From a virus: a DNA stretch of 64,000 bases. The position numbers and the translations under genes are program-made. This document shows positions 1-8,580 of the stretch, piece after piece (position 1 is the first letter of the stretch; the number at the start of each line of letters is the position of its first letter). The notes beneath the pieces are model-generated. The model saw nothing but the letters and a program-made list of their open reading frames with translations, did not search any database and had not been told where the DNA came from. The DNA lies in IMG/VR virus record IMGVR_UViG_3300018933_000001, positions 32,001 to 96,000 of that record. One strand, written 5' to 3'.

Positions 1-402
1 GCTCAGAAAAACTACTCAAACGACAATACTAGAGTAGCTATTTCTTCCAATGGCGAAGTGATTAAAATAGAGTTGCACGGTCAAACGATAGCTAGTATAG
101 AGAATAACTTCCTATATCTTGACGATTGCGGTTATCAAACTAAAACTACCAAGTCAAGACTAAATCGCTTACTCAATCATTACCATCTACCTACTATCTG
201 CTCTAAAAAAGGTAAATGGTGGATAGGCAGCAGTCTCTGGTTAGGTCATACCAGTTTTATCCTAATTTTAGGTATGAACGGAAACAAAGTAAAAGAATCT
301 CTCCAATATGCAGCAGTGTTAGGGGGACAATCTCAACCACGACCCTATGATGCTGTCTTAGGTGGAAAGACATTAAAGAGTGGTCTAAGTTCTACTTTCT
401 AA
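1..402 (+). CDS. Hypothetical phage protein, 5'-partial
   Basis: Frame is open from base 1 (AQKNYSNDNTRVA...) into the listed ORF 58..402; contains a GYQTKTTKSRLN motif seen in small phage proteins. Confidence 0.7.
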   Translation, partial: AQKNYSNDNTRVAISSNGEVIKIELHGQTIASIENNFLYLDDCGYQTKTTKSRLNRLLNHYHLPTICSKKGKWWIGSSLWLGHTSFILILGMNGNKVKESLQYAAVLGGQSQPRPYDAVLGGKTLKSGLSSTF

Positions 403-409
403 TCTGTTT

Positions 410-458
410 GCTCAGGTTAAAGGTAACTATCTTATCTACGTTCGATTCGTAGCTGAGC
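410..458 (+). ncRNA. Mini-tRNA-like element 1 (acceptor stem + T-arm)
   Basis: GCTCAG(410-415)/CTGAGC(453-458) stem; T-stem CTACG(436-440)/CGTAG(448-452) around TTCGATT; D-like hairpin GTTA-AAGG-TAAC. Confidence 0.75.
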
Positions 459-513
459 TTTTACTTAGTTCATTCTAAGTTATTCGTCAACTAACAACCA
501 AGGAAAACCCATT

Positions 514-810
514 ATGTCTGTAATCAACAAACAAGTCAAGCAAGTATTATCTAATTTCCCTTACTACCTGTCTGATTGTTTGATAGTAGAAAAAAGTGAT
601 TATACTACTCAACTTAACAGAGAGTATGAAATCTATCGAGTTGAAGTGATTGTCAAAGGTAATGTGGGCTACTTAGATTTAATCACTACTATTAGTCAGT
701 CTTTTAAGGCAATAGGAGGATTCTACCGAGATAAGTCATCTACACACTCTATAGCTGAAACAATATGTGAGTCAATAGCCGTTCAAGCTTATATTGAGGA
801 AGCTTACTAA
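514..810 (+). CDS. Hypothetical protein
   Basis: 98-aa ORF with an AAGGA RBS, between mini-tRNA elements 1 and 2. Confidence 0.7.
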   Translation: MSVINKQVKQVLSNFPYYLSDCLIVEKSDYTTQLNREYEIYRVEVIVKGNVGYLDLITTISQSFKAIGGFYRDKSSTHSIAETICESIAVQAYIEEAY

Positions 811-820
811 TCTCTACTCA

Positions 821-905
821 ACTTCTAAAAATTGGTTACTAAGTAACATTAGTCTAGGTTCAATTGCTCTCAGCAAAAGCTTCCGAGCTTATTCCTAGTA
901 GAGGT
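821..905 (+). ncRNA. Mini-tRNA-like element 2, T-loop interrupted by a 28-nt insertion
   Basis: ACTTCTA(821-827)/TAGAGGT(899-905) 7-bp stem; CTAGG(854-858)-TTCAATT-[866-893]-CCTAG(894-898). Removing 866-893 restores a canonical 7+5 tRNA top half. Confidence 0.75.
863..893. mobile_element. Very small dispersed insertion element, copy 1 (25 nt + ATT duplication)
   Basis: ATT-GCTCTCAGCAAAAGCTTCCGAGCTT-ATT, identical to 48423-48453; sits in the T-loop of element 2. Confidence 0.75.
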
Positions 906-946
906 CTAGTTACTCAACAACGGGTAACATTATCAAAGGAGACAAA

Positions 947-1939
947 ATGACTCAAACAGTAACAGCACAAGAACTAATGTCAGAAAGTCCGTCAACAGTT
1001 AAGGACATTATCGACTTAATCCTAGCTGACACCGTAACTATAATAGTAAATACTGAGTTAGGCTACAAACTGCAATTCTCTAACTACTTCTCTCAATGCG
1101 GATTAGATGTAGTAGAACTCTACAAGACTGCTAAAGAAGATTTAGACTTATCTGCTGAATACCTAGCTTTACATCCTTTAGTAGAACAAGTCATTGACAA
1201 TATCGGTGCTGACTTATTCACTGATATGTTAGACACTGATGAAAATTCAGCTTACTCTGAGGTATTGAGATGTTTTGGTCATGGTGTATCTTTCTGGGAC
1301 AATCATGATTACAAAGACTTTGGATTTTTTGAGATGCCTAGATTGAAAACTACTCTAGAACATCCTTATGACATAGCAACTCAAATTCTAGATAAGATTG
1401 CAGAAGCTCATCCCGAGTTAGTAGGAGATGATGAAGAGGAGACGGAACCTGATAACGTAACTACCTACCAAATACCAACAATCTACTTACCTCTGATATT
1501 TAATGCCGATGCAACTGGGTTAGAAGATGAAGACATCGAGTTATTTGATGAGTTCATAGAAAGAGAGGGATTAGCAGACAATAAAGGTTACTGGAGTTAT
1601 CCAGATAATCAAGAGTCTTACTTCTCTCATGTTAACGATGTCACTAGATTAGGTAATGATGTGATTGACCTTCAATGGGCTAACACATCTACTCAAGACA
1701 ATGACTTTGATATTTGGTTATCTCAAAACTATATCCCTGCTGGTGAAGATGCTAGTAACGGTGGACAGTGGTACTTATCAGCTAATCCTAATGAGTTAAG
1801 GCACATATACTACTCAGAAGATAAAGTCCTAATGAGAAGTAGTTCAGGTCATCCAATAACACTGCATATTTCAGAGGAAAGAATCATTGTAGACACTGAG
1901 ACTGACTCTCGTGACTTCTACAATATTATTTACTCCTAA
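947..1939 (+). CDS. Acidic multi-domain hypothetical protein
   Basis: 330-aa ORF with a GGAG RBS; internal IPTIYLPLIFNADATGLEDED motif typical of small phage/plasmid early proteins. Confidence 0.75.
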   Translation: MTQTVTAQELMSESPSTVKDIIDLILADTVTIIVNTELGYKLQFSNYFSQCGLDVVELYKTAKEDLDLSAEYLALHPLVEQVIDNIGADLFTDMLDTDENSAYSEVLRCFGHGVSFWDNHDYKDFGFFEMPRLKTTLEHPYDIATQILDKIAEAHPELVGDDEEETEPDNVTTYQIPTIYLPLIFNADATGLEDEDIELFDEFIEREGLADNKGYWSYPDNQESYFSHVNDVTRLGNDVIDLQWANTSTQDNDFDIWLSQNYIPAGEDASNGGQWYLSANPNELRHIYYSEDKVLMRSSSGHPITLHISEERIIVDTETDSRDFYNIIYS

Positions 1940-1948
1940 TCAACAACA

Positions 1949-2005
1949 AGTCTAAAGTCAATGGTGGCAACTCCTTAGTTACAGAGTTCGATTCTCTGTT
2001 AGGCT
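1949..2005 (+). ncRNA. Mini-tRNA-like element 3 (miniature cloverleaf)
   Basis: AGTCTAA(1949-1955)/TTAGGCT(1999-2005); D-like GTCA-ATGG-TGGC; tiny arm AACT-CCTT-AGTT; CAGAG-TTCGATT-CTCTG (1982-1998). Confidence 0.8.
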
Positions 2006-2269
2006 CTTCCAGGTGTAAGATTAGTACGTATTGAGTACGGAGTAGTAGCTGATTTTACAGAAGCTAGACTTCCTTATACTTGCCCGAATTATCTAATGCT
2101 TGTCTTTAGAAGAGGTACACAAGAAATAAAAGAGGTGTGGAAAGTTGTGGGTGATATGTCCGGTGTTGACCTAACTCCCTTTCTTAATAAAATAGTTGAG
2201 AGAAAAGAAGGGGATTGGGAGTGTTGTAGTTATTATTTTACAGATGGAACAGTCATAAAAGTTACTTAA
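2003..2269 (+). pseudogene. Headless open frame following element 3 (5'-truncated gene, or a short gene from ATG 2096)
   Basis: Stop-free, protein-like frame 2003-2269 (LPGVRLVRIEYGVVADF...TVIKVT*) with no RBS or start codon at its 5' end. Confidence 0.45.
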
Positions 2270-2281
2270 CTACTCACTAAC

Positions 2282-2334
2282 GACTATTAGGTAAATAATA
2301 AGCCTGCTACTAAGGTGCAATGCCTTAGATAGTC
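2282..2334 (+). ncRNA. Mini-tRNA-like element 4
   Basis: GACTATT(2282-2288)/GATAGTC(2328-2334); TAAGG-TGCAATG-CCTTA (2311-2327), a variant T-loop. Confidence 0.7.
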
Positions 2335-2366
2335 TTTGCCCACTAACTACCTTAAGGAGACTTATC

Positions 2367-2699
2367 ATGAATAACGTAAAGATTTGTTCTGAGATAGTTT
2401 ACAATCCTGAAGCTTTTGATAACCGTTACGCAATCTATCTACCTGATTGTATTAACCTTGATATGGTAGACCAACTAGCTATTGAGTTAGATGCAGTTAA
2501 TTACTCTTTAACTAAATCTCATAGCGGAAAACTTTACCTCACAGCCGAGAAGTTTGGGAGATTAGAAAACCAAATTAAGGGAGCTTGGTTACAGCACATG
2601 GTTGATATTTATCCTTCAGTAATAGAGGATAACGAAACTCAACTAATACATATCGAGCATTGGCTATTTACTGAGGTTAGTTACATCAAGGTAGTTTAA
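2367..2699 (+). CDS. Hypothetical protein
   Basis: 110-aa ORF with an AAGGAG RBS. Confidence 0.7.
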   Translation: MNNVKICSEIVYNPEAFDNRYAIYLPDCINLDMVDQLAIELDAVNYSLTKSHSGKLYLTAEKFGRLENQIKGAWLQHMVDIYPSVIEDNETQLIHIEHWLFTEVSYIKVV

Positions 2700-2711
2700 C
2701 CTTTTCTATCA

Positions 2712-2749
2712 GCCCGATTGGTGTAGTAACGTTCGACTCGTTACCGGGC
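2712..2749 (+). ncRNA. Mini-tRNA-like element 5 (minihelix)
   Basis: GCCCG(2712-2716)/CGGGC(2745-2749); GTAACG-TTCGACT-CGTTAC (2726-2744); 9-nt GG-containing linker. Confidence 0.75.
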
Positions 2750-2790
2750 AATTACCTTATACTTCCTTTATCAATAGGGTTTACTTTACC

Positions 2791-5700
2791 ATGACTACTA
2801 ACTTAACAACTGCTCAAATCAAAACCAAAGCACTTTGCTCAGTTAATCTCTTAACTCTGATTGACCTATCTGCTTTCGATACACAAGTAGAGTATGTCAA
2901 GTTCAACATTCTACTAAGTAATACTCCTACTTCTCCTATTGAGGTTACTTATAAAGTAAGCAATGGGACTCCTGAGTTAGTAAATGATGTTAAAGCAAAA
3001 ATTCTTCAAACTATCTGTAAAGAGTTTGATACTGCTTTTGACTTTTCTATCTCTATTTCATCTGTACTTCATTTCTTCCCTGCTAGTAACTTATGGAATA
3101 AAGACAGACAAGTAATGGTACTTACCCCACAATATAAGGACATTAGCTCACAAGTACCTAACATCCCTCAAGAAGTTACTGAGATAGTAGAGCAAGTAGC
3201 AGAGGTCATCACAACATCAGAAGATAAAGATGATAGTGCTTCAATTCAGGAAGTAATATCACAACCTACTGATATTTCTATAACTTCCCCTACTCAGGCA
3301 GAAGACACACATATATCCGAAGTAGTAGAAGAACCTGCACAACCTCTACTCAACAAGACATCTACTAACAAGTCACTCAATATCTATGTGGCTCGGACTA
3401 ACTCTGAAGGGTTAACTCAGAAGATACTAATTGAGGATATGTTCTCATCTGAACTATTTAGTATTATTAAGCCCTGGTTAGTAGCTATTGGTAAGTTGTC
3501 GGAGTTCAAGAAAGAACTACAAGAGACAAAGCACAATAGTATTGTTCTCTACCTTAATCCTTCCTATGAATGGGAGATACGGGAAGTTACAAGAGATGTG
3601 CCTAGCAATTTATTAGAACAGTTTCTTGAGAAGACGAAGGAAGATAGGGAGTTATTGGGGGTAGAAAAGTTTTCTGATGAGCTTTTCCAATACTTAAAAG
3701 ATGTCAAGAAGTGGAGAGCTGAGGAGTTAATACAAGCTTACAGCATTAAGGCATCCGTAGAAGTAAATGGAAACTTTCATCTTCAACCAGTAACTAAGAA
3801 AGAAACAACCTTCAGACCTTTTAAGAAAGATGTCTTATCTGCCTATGTAAGTCGCATTACTAATAGAGCAGGAAGCATTGAAGAAAGAAGGAAAAAAGAT
3901 GCAGTTCCGGAGTTAGGTAGCTTAGAAAATATCTCACCTATCTTAGTAGAAGGTATTTACTTAGCTCAAAGTTATATTCTCTTTAATCCTCTGACATTAG
4001 AACATGAGAGAGTAGTAAGGAAAATAGCAATACAAAATGGTGGTAAATTCTACTATTACTCTGATTTATCTAAGGAAGATAGAGACTTACACAACATCGA
4101 ACCTAGTCTCTACTGTCCTAGTTCTATCCTAGAAACAGATGAAGAAATAGAAGCAGAAAGAAAAAAGGTAGAAGGTAAAGAGGTATTTCCCGACTTGACC
4201 ATCCAAATGGTGCAGTTTGAGTCTCTAGACCCAGATGGAAACACTTTAAAACTACAACACTACCAAAAGACATCAGGTATTTGGGTATTGTCTAACTCTA
4301 TTACCTCAACAGATAATCTTGCTAGAACTCCTGATGGTCAATTAGTTACTGACTTGAGATTTATTGCAGCACCAGTAGCTTTTCTAGGATTCCAACATCC
4401 CAACATTAAGGTCAAGGAATCATTCAGAAATGAAGATGGTAGTTTTGCTATATCTTCTACTATCCAAAGACAACCAACTAAAAAAGCTCGGTTGACTAAC
4501 TTAAGTGATGCTCGATTAGTAGCCCAGAACTCTCTTGAGTGGGTAGGATTTTTAGCTAATGTGCCTTGTATTGTCAACTTAGTTAACTCACATGACCATT
4601 GGCAGTTAGAAGCATTACCAATTCAAGAAATACCTTCTTATCCTCTGTTATATTGCTTAGCTAATAAGGCAATAGAAGGTTATTGGACTGAAGAAGACTT
4701 GCACACCCAGATTATCAGTCCATTAGACAAGGAAATGGAAAGACTAGGGGAGATAGCTGGAAAGACTCAAGATGTGGAAAAGTTAGAAAAGATAGGGAGG
4801 AGGGAAACTAATTTACAAAGATTGAGAAAAGCAGTTCTTAATCGTGAGAAGTTAGATCCTAAAGTGTTAATTGAGTGTACCAAGATAGTGTCTGAGGCGA
4901 TGAAATCTGCTAGTTACAGACCTACTGTAGTAGATAAGTATTACTCTCGTTATATATTGGCTCAAGTCTACTTCATAAGTACAAATGAGTCAGAGATAAC
5001 CTACTTGTTAGATGATCATATGAGTCACAAACGAGTAGCTAGTCAGGTAATTAGTGCTGTCCGATGGCTTAGTTTAGTGCCTAACAACCTACAAAAGCAG
5101 TTCCCCAAGCAAAAACCGACTATTGAGCAGTTGAGAAAGTTTCTTGTTTCTAAATTTAACGAGAAGTTCCGAGAAGTAGAGCTAAAAGTCAGAGAAAGTG
5201 GAGGGAAAATTCTACTAGACATTGTTTATCTCGATAAAATCCAAGTTACTCAGGTACTAACCATCAAAATGCCTGTTTCAGACGCTAAGAATAGAGGAAA
5301 AGTATCAACAAAAGTCAACGCAACCCCTAATTTTAGCGATAGAAGCGTGTTTGAGAAGTTTTTGAGGACTAAAGATGGGAGATTTATAGCTGAATGTCAA
5401 AATAAACTCATTCAATTAGTAGATATCTTCATCTCTCGCAGTTTTAACACTTTAGTAGGAGAAGGAAAAGTCGGAAAACAGCGGAAAGTATCGGAAATTA
5501 TTGGTTTTGAGAAGTCAAAGTCAGGATGGAGTGAGATAAAGAAGGGATTCGTCAAGCATCTAGTACCTTATAGCTCGGATTCAAGAGTAGAAGCAGGCAA
5601 ATTGACTTATTTAGCCACTAATCAAGTGCTTTCTTCTCAAGATTTAGAACATCTTATCATCCTAATAGCTGAAAATTGGAGTAATTGGAGCAGAAAAGAC

Positions 5701-6174
5701 CAACAAAGGATAAAAATTGGCGTTTCTTCTAGTAAGTCTCAAGACCCTGAGATATTAGTCCATGTTCTCACTAAAAAAATCCTCTCTGGTAATTTTGAGG
5801 AAGATAGAGAAGCTTGGCAAGATACTCTAAATTGGGTAGCTGAGGTTTGTAAGTCTTCTCCTAAGTATCGAGCAATAGGTTTCCGCTGTGATAATGGCGT
5901 GATTCTAACTCCGGATTGCGTCTATAACACTGATTTAGAAAAGTGGGAACATAGAATCAAAATAAACCTAAGTAATCTATTTCTTGACTCAAATGCAGGA
6001 AATATTGAGGCTTGGTTGAGCAAGTCAGTGGATAAACTTTACGATTCATTAGAGAAAATAAAACCTAATTGGGAGGAGACTAACAAATCGGTTAAGGAAC
6101 ATTTAGCTAACTTACATGATTCTCACGGTATCTGTATGCAAGTAGAAAGAAGTAAACTGGAGATACTTGTCTAA
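2791..6174 (+). CDS. Large hypothetical protein (1127 aa)
   Basis: Long uninterrupted ORF; no catalytic motif recognised. Confidence 0.85.
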   Translation: MTTNLTTAQIKTKALCSVNLLTLIDLSAFDTQVEYVKFNILLSNTPTSPIEVTYKVSNGTPELVNDVKAKILQTICKEFDTAFDFSISISSVLHFFPASNLWNKDRQVMVLTPQYKDISSQVPNIPQEVTEIVEQVAEVITTSEDKDDSASIQEVISQPTDISITSPTQAEDTHISEVVEEPAQPLLNKTSTNKSLNIYVARTNSEGLTQKILIEDMFSSELFSIIKPWLVAIGKLSEFKKELQETKHNSIVLYLNPSYEWEIREVTRDVPSNLLEQFLEKTKEDRELLGVEKFSDELFQYLKDVKKWRAEELIQAYSIKASVEVNGNFHLQPVTKKETTFRPFKKDVLSAYVSRITNRAGSIEERRKKDAVPELGSLENISPILVEGIYLAQSYILFNPLTLEHERVVRKIAIQNGGKFYYYSDLSKEDRDLHNIEPSLYCPSSILETDEEIEAERKKVEGKEVFPDLTIQMVQFESLDPDGNTLKLQHYQKTSGIWVLSNSITSTDNLARTPDGQLVTDLRFIAAPVAFLGFQHPNIKVKESFRNEDGSFAISSTIQRQPTKKARLTNLSDARLVAQNSLEWVGFLANVPCIVNLVNSHDHWQLEALPIQEIPSYPLLYCLANKAIEGYWTEEDLHTQIISPLDKEMERLGEIAGKTQDVEKLEKIGRRETNLQRLRKAVLNREKLDPKVLIECTKIVSEAMKSASYRPTVVDKYYSRYILAQVYFISTNESEITYLLDDHMSHKRVASQVISAVRWLSLVPNNLQKQFPKQKPTIEQLRKFLVSKFNEKFREVELKVRESGGKILLDIVYLDKIQVTQVLTIKMPVSDAKNRGKVSTKVNATPNFSDRSVFEKFLRTKDGRFIAECQNKLIQLVDIFISRSFNTLVGEGKVGKQRKVSEIIGFEKSKSGWSEIKKGFVKHLVPYSSDSRVEAGKLTYLATNQVLSSQDLEHLIILIAENWSNWSRKDQQRIKIGVSSSKSQDPEILVHVLTKKILSGNFEEDREAWQDTLNWVAEVCKSSPKYRAIGFRCDNGVILTPDCVYNTDLEKWEHRIKINLSNLFLDSNAGNIEAWLSKSVDKLYDSLEKIKPNWEETNKSVKEHLANLHDSHGICMQVERSKLEILV

Positions 6175-7183
6175 TCCTACTGCTCTTAATATGGCTGGTA
6201 ACTGTATTAAGAGCTTAGTACAAATTAATAACCCCTCCTTAAGGTTAAAGGTTTGTACTTGTTCACCAACACAAAATAAGGTCACTATGTCACGTTTAAA
6301 TCTTGAGGAATTGGATGCAGTTTGGGTAGATGAAGCTACAGATATTCTTACTTGGTTCTTCTATCCAGGTGAGAGCAAGAAGGATAAGAAAGGTACGGTT
6401 ACCTTCGATAAGAAGAAAGAGGGTAAGACAACAGTTCCCGAACAGTATCTACAGATTTGTCGGTCGGAAGAATCAGGGAAGCAAAGTCTTGCATTTTTCT
6501 TAAATGAGGAGAAAGTTGCGGTTTTTCAGTTTACTAGCAAAGGGGTTGAGTTTCTACCTACTCCTAAGTGGAGTCAACCTAAAATGTATATCTGCATTCC
6601 CACAGATAGAACTTTTGATGACATAGTAGCTGAGACTTTATCAGGTGTGTTCAAGAAGTGGCTGCAATCACAAAGGTTTGAGCAATACCTGATTAATCAA
6701 GCTACAGACTCTACTTACACTATCGAGTTTGTACTACTAATGCTTTTGTTGTTTGCTTATCTATCTAACCGCGACAAAGTAAACGAGAAAGGCAACGTTG
6801 AAATCATTAAAAAAGGAGTAGATTTAGACGCAGTTGGACGTAGCTACCTAACTCTAGTAACTAAGCTGCACAACAGCAGTCCAAGAGCTAAAAAACTTTT
6901 TCCAATCCGTCCTCTATTATCCCCTGCTGCTGAAGTTCCCAATCAATTAGAAGAAGAAGCAGAGCCTAATACCTCAAGTGAGTCCAAAGAAGAAAAAGAA
7001 ACTGACCCAATTGTTAAAGTAGATTCTGATGAACTCAAGGAAGAAACAGAAGAAAACAAAGAAGCAGATGTAACTCCTCTGGAACCTCTTCCTAATACTT
7101 CTATGCCAATTGATACTACTGCTGTGGAATCGACAGAAGACAAACCAGAAGAGCCATCTACTCAACCAAAGAAGAAGAAATAA
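6167..7183 (+). CDS. Hypothetical protein with acidic/Pro-rich disordered C-terminus
   Basis: 338-aa ORF overlapping the upstream stop; start uncertain. Confidence 0.75.
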   Translation: MSNPTALNMAGNCIKSLVQINNPSLRLKVCTCSPTQNKVTMSRLNLEELDAVWVDEATDILTWFFYPGESKKDKKGTVTFDKKKEGKTTVPEQYLQICRSEESGKQSLAFFLNEEKVAVFQFTSKGVEFLPTPKWSQPKMYICIPTDRTFDDIVAETLSGVFKKWLQSQRFEQYLINQATDSTYTIEFVLLMLLLFAYLSNRDKVNEKGNVEIIKKGVDLDAVGRSYLTLVTKLHNSSPRAKKLFPIRPLLSPAAEVPNQLEEEAEPNTSSESKEEKETDPIVKVDSDELKEETEENKEADVTPLEPLPNTSMPIDTTAVESTEDKPEEPSTQPKKKK

Positions 7184-7221
7184 CTCTCTTCTACTGACCG
7201 CTCATTGATTTTTAGCCTTTA

Positions 7222-7270
7222 GCCTCTGCCTTAATGAGAACTAACACTTCTCTTAGGGTGGAGGTTTTTT
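7222..7270 (+). terminator. Intrinsic terminator closing the first (early) transcription unit
   Basis: GCCTCTGCCTTAA...TTAGGGTGGAGGT long stem with G-U pairs followed by a T-run. Confidence 0.65.
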
Positions 7271-7541
7271 GTGTTTGTACGTTACAAGATTTTGGATTCT
7301 AGGAGAACTTATGGATAGTGAATTTCTTTCTCAAGTAGAAAAATCTAAGTCAAAAATGAAAGAAGCTCAGATGTTAATAGCGGAAGAACAGCAGAAATTA
7401 TACGAGCTAGTACAAAGTAGAGGTTACAAAATGTATGGGAATTTGTACATCCATCCTGATTATTGGGATGAATATGTAAAACATACGTGGAGAGGGAAAT
7501 ATCCAAAAGGAGCTGTCATTTGCTACTATACTATCTAATTA

Positions 7542-7858
7542 ATGAGGAAGATTTTTGTGAATACTTACATTCGTAAATGCAGCCTTGAGTTACTTTTTGT
7601 TTGGTTCTGCGATACTGATTTAGAAGATGAATTAGGTAATCTAAGTAAGCTATTAGAAGATTCGCAAACTATTCAGATTCTAGTTAATTTGGCAAAAGAC
7701 AAGACACTAGACCAAATTCTTAACACGATTGATGAATTGGTAGAAGCTATCTAGTATTTAAATCTGAGAACAACTATCCAGGAGTGTCAGTTTTTAACGA
7801 GATAATTACTGATGAATTAGCTCTTAGTTTCTTGTATCGACTAGCAAAGTTAGTTTAA
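7542..7858 (+). pseudogene. Hypothetical protein, possibly frameshifted near 7752
   Basis: ORF 7542..7754 stops, but another frame continues in protein-like fashion (VFKSENNYPGVSVFNEIITDELALSFLYRLAKLV*). Confidence 0.35.
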
Positions 7859-8057
7859 TTATCTCACAAGTTTGTTTTTAGGAGTTCAAAATGATTCAGT
7901 ATGTTGTCAAATTTGGTTCTTACCGTCAAGAGGTATTAACCCGAGGAATGGTTGAGATACTAGCAAATGAACTAATCTCTCAGAATTTTGAAGGTTGTCG
8001 AGATGAAGGTAAAACTGCTCAAGATTTAATTAGTGTAGAGGAGAGAAAATAATCTAC

Positions 8058-8092
8058 TGCTCATGACTCGTGGGAGCAATAAAAGAACGAGT
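8058..8092 (+). other. Predicted H-type RNA pseudoknot in the 5' leader of ORF 8119
   Basis: TGCTC(8058-62)/GAGCA(8074-78) and ACTCGT(8066-71)/ACGAGT(8087-92), with A-rich loop ATAAAAGA. Confidence 0.45.
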
Positions 8093-8118
8093 AACAACAA
8101 TTACTTAGGAGAAATCTC

Positions 8119-8544
8119 GTGACTATTAAGAGTGACAAGTCGGATGAACAATACTGGTTTCCTGTAACTAGAGAAGGTATTAACTCCTATCTGGTTAATC
8201 AATCAGTAAAGACTAAACAATACTTTGAGTTATTGCTCTCTGATGATATCATACGTAGTATTTTGAAGAGAACATTTATTAAGTTAGAGAAAAAGCAATT
8301 GTCCAAAACTTTAGAAGAGTATAGCTCTATATTTGAAATGGTATTAGATTTTGAAACAACTTCTAAAAAAAGACAAGAGAATAAGAATTGGTTCAGCAAA
8401 CGTTTCGACAAATACTTGATCATACCCTTTGTTGCAGGGTATTTAAATTCAAGATTAGACATTGATTTAGGTTCTCTGAGAGAAAAGAAACAAGAAGAAT
8501 TTGCCAAAGCATTCTTTTTAGCTTCTGTCTACTTACATCTGTAA
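8119..8544 (+). CDS. Hypothetical protein
   Basis: 141-aa ORF, AGGAG RBS, GTG start. Confidence 0.7.
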   Translation: MTIKSDKSDEQYWFPVTREGINSYLVNQSVKTKQYFELLLSDDIIRSILKRTFIKLEKKQLSKTLEEYSSIFEMVLDFETTSKKRQENKNWFSKRFDKYLIIPFVAGYLNSRLDIDLGSLREKKQEEFAKAFFLASVYLHL

Positions 8545-8555
8545 TATTAATTCTA

Positions 8556-8580
8556 TAAGAGGAGGTTACTAAATCTCTTA
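8556..8580 (+). repeat. Conserved-loop hairpin family copy (loop GAGGTTACTAA)
   Basis: TAAGAG-GAGGTTACTAA-AT-CTCTTA; related copies at 12377, 12707, 21153, 55302, 55339. Confidence 0.55.

Noticed and set aside
410-2749. Mini-tRNA elements as ordinary tRNA genes, tRNA-derived att sites or terminators
   Set aside because: They are too short and have no 7-nt anticodon loop. Their 5' strands pair with their own divergent 3' strands, so they are not duplicated 3' tRNA fragments. No integrase is seen and there is no consistent U-tract.
2791-6174. Phage RNA polymerase
   Set aside because: No DxDGD or T7-type motifs recognised; left as hypothetical.
7799-7865. Hammerhead ribozyme (CTGATGA next to the stem GAGATAATTA/TAATTATCTC)
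   Set aside because: No GAAA core or stem III/NUH site; the region also reads as the probable frameshifted tail of ORF 7542.
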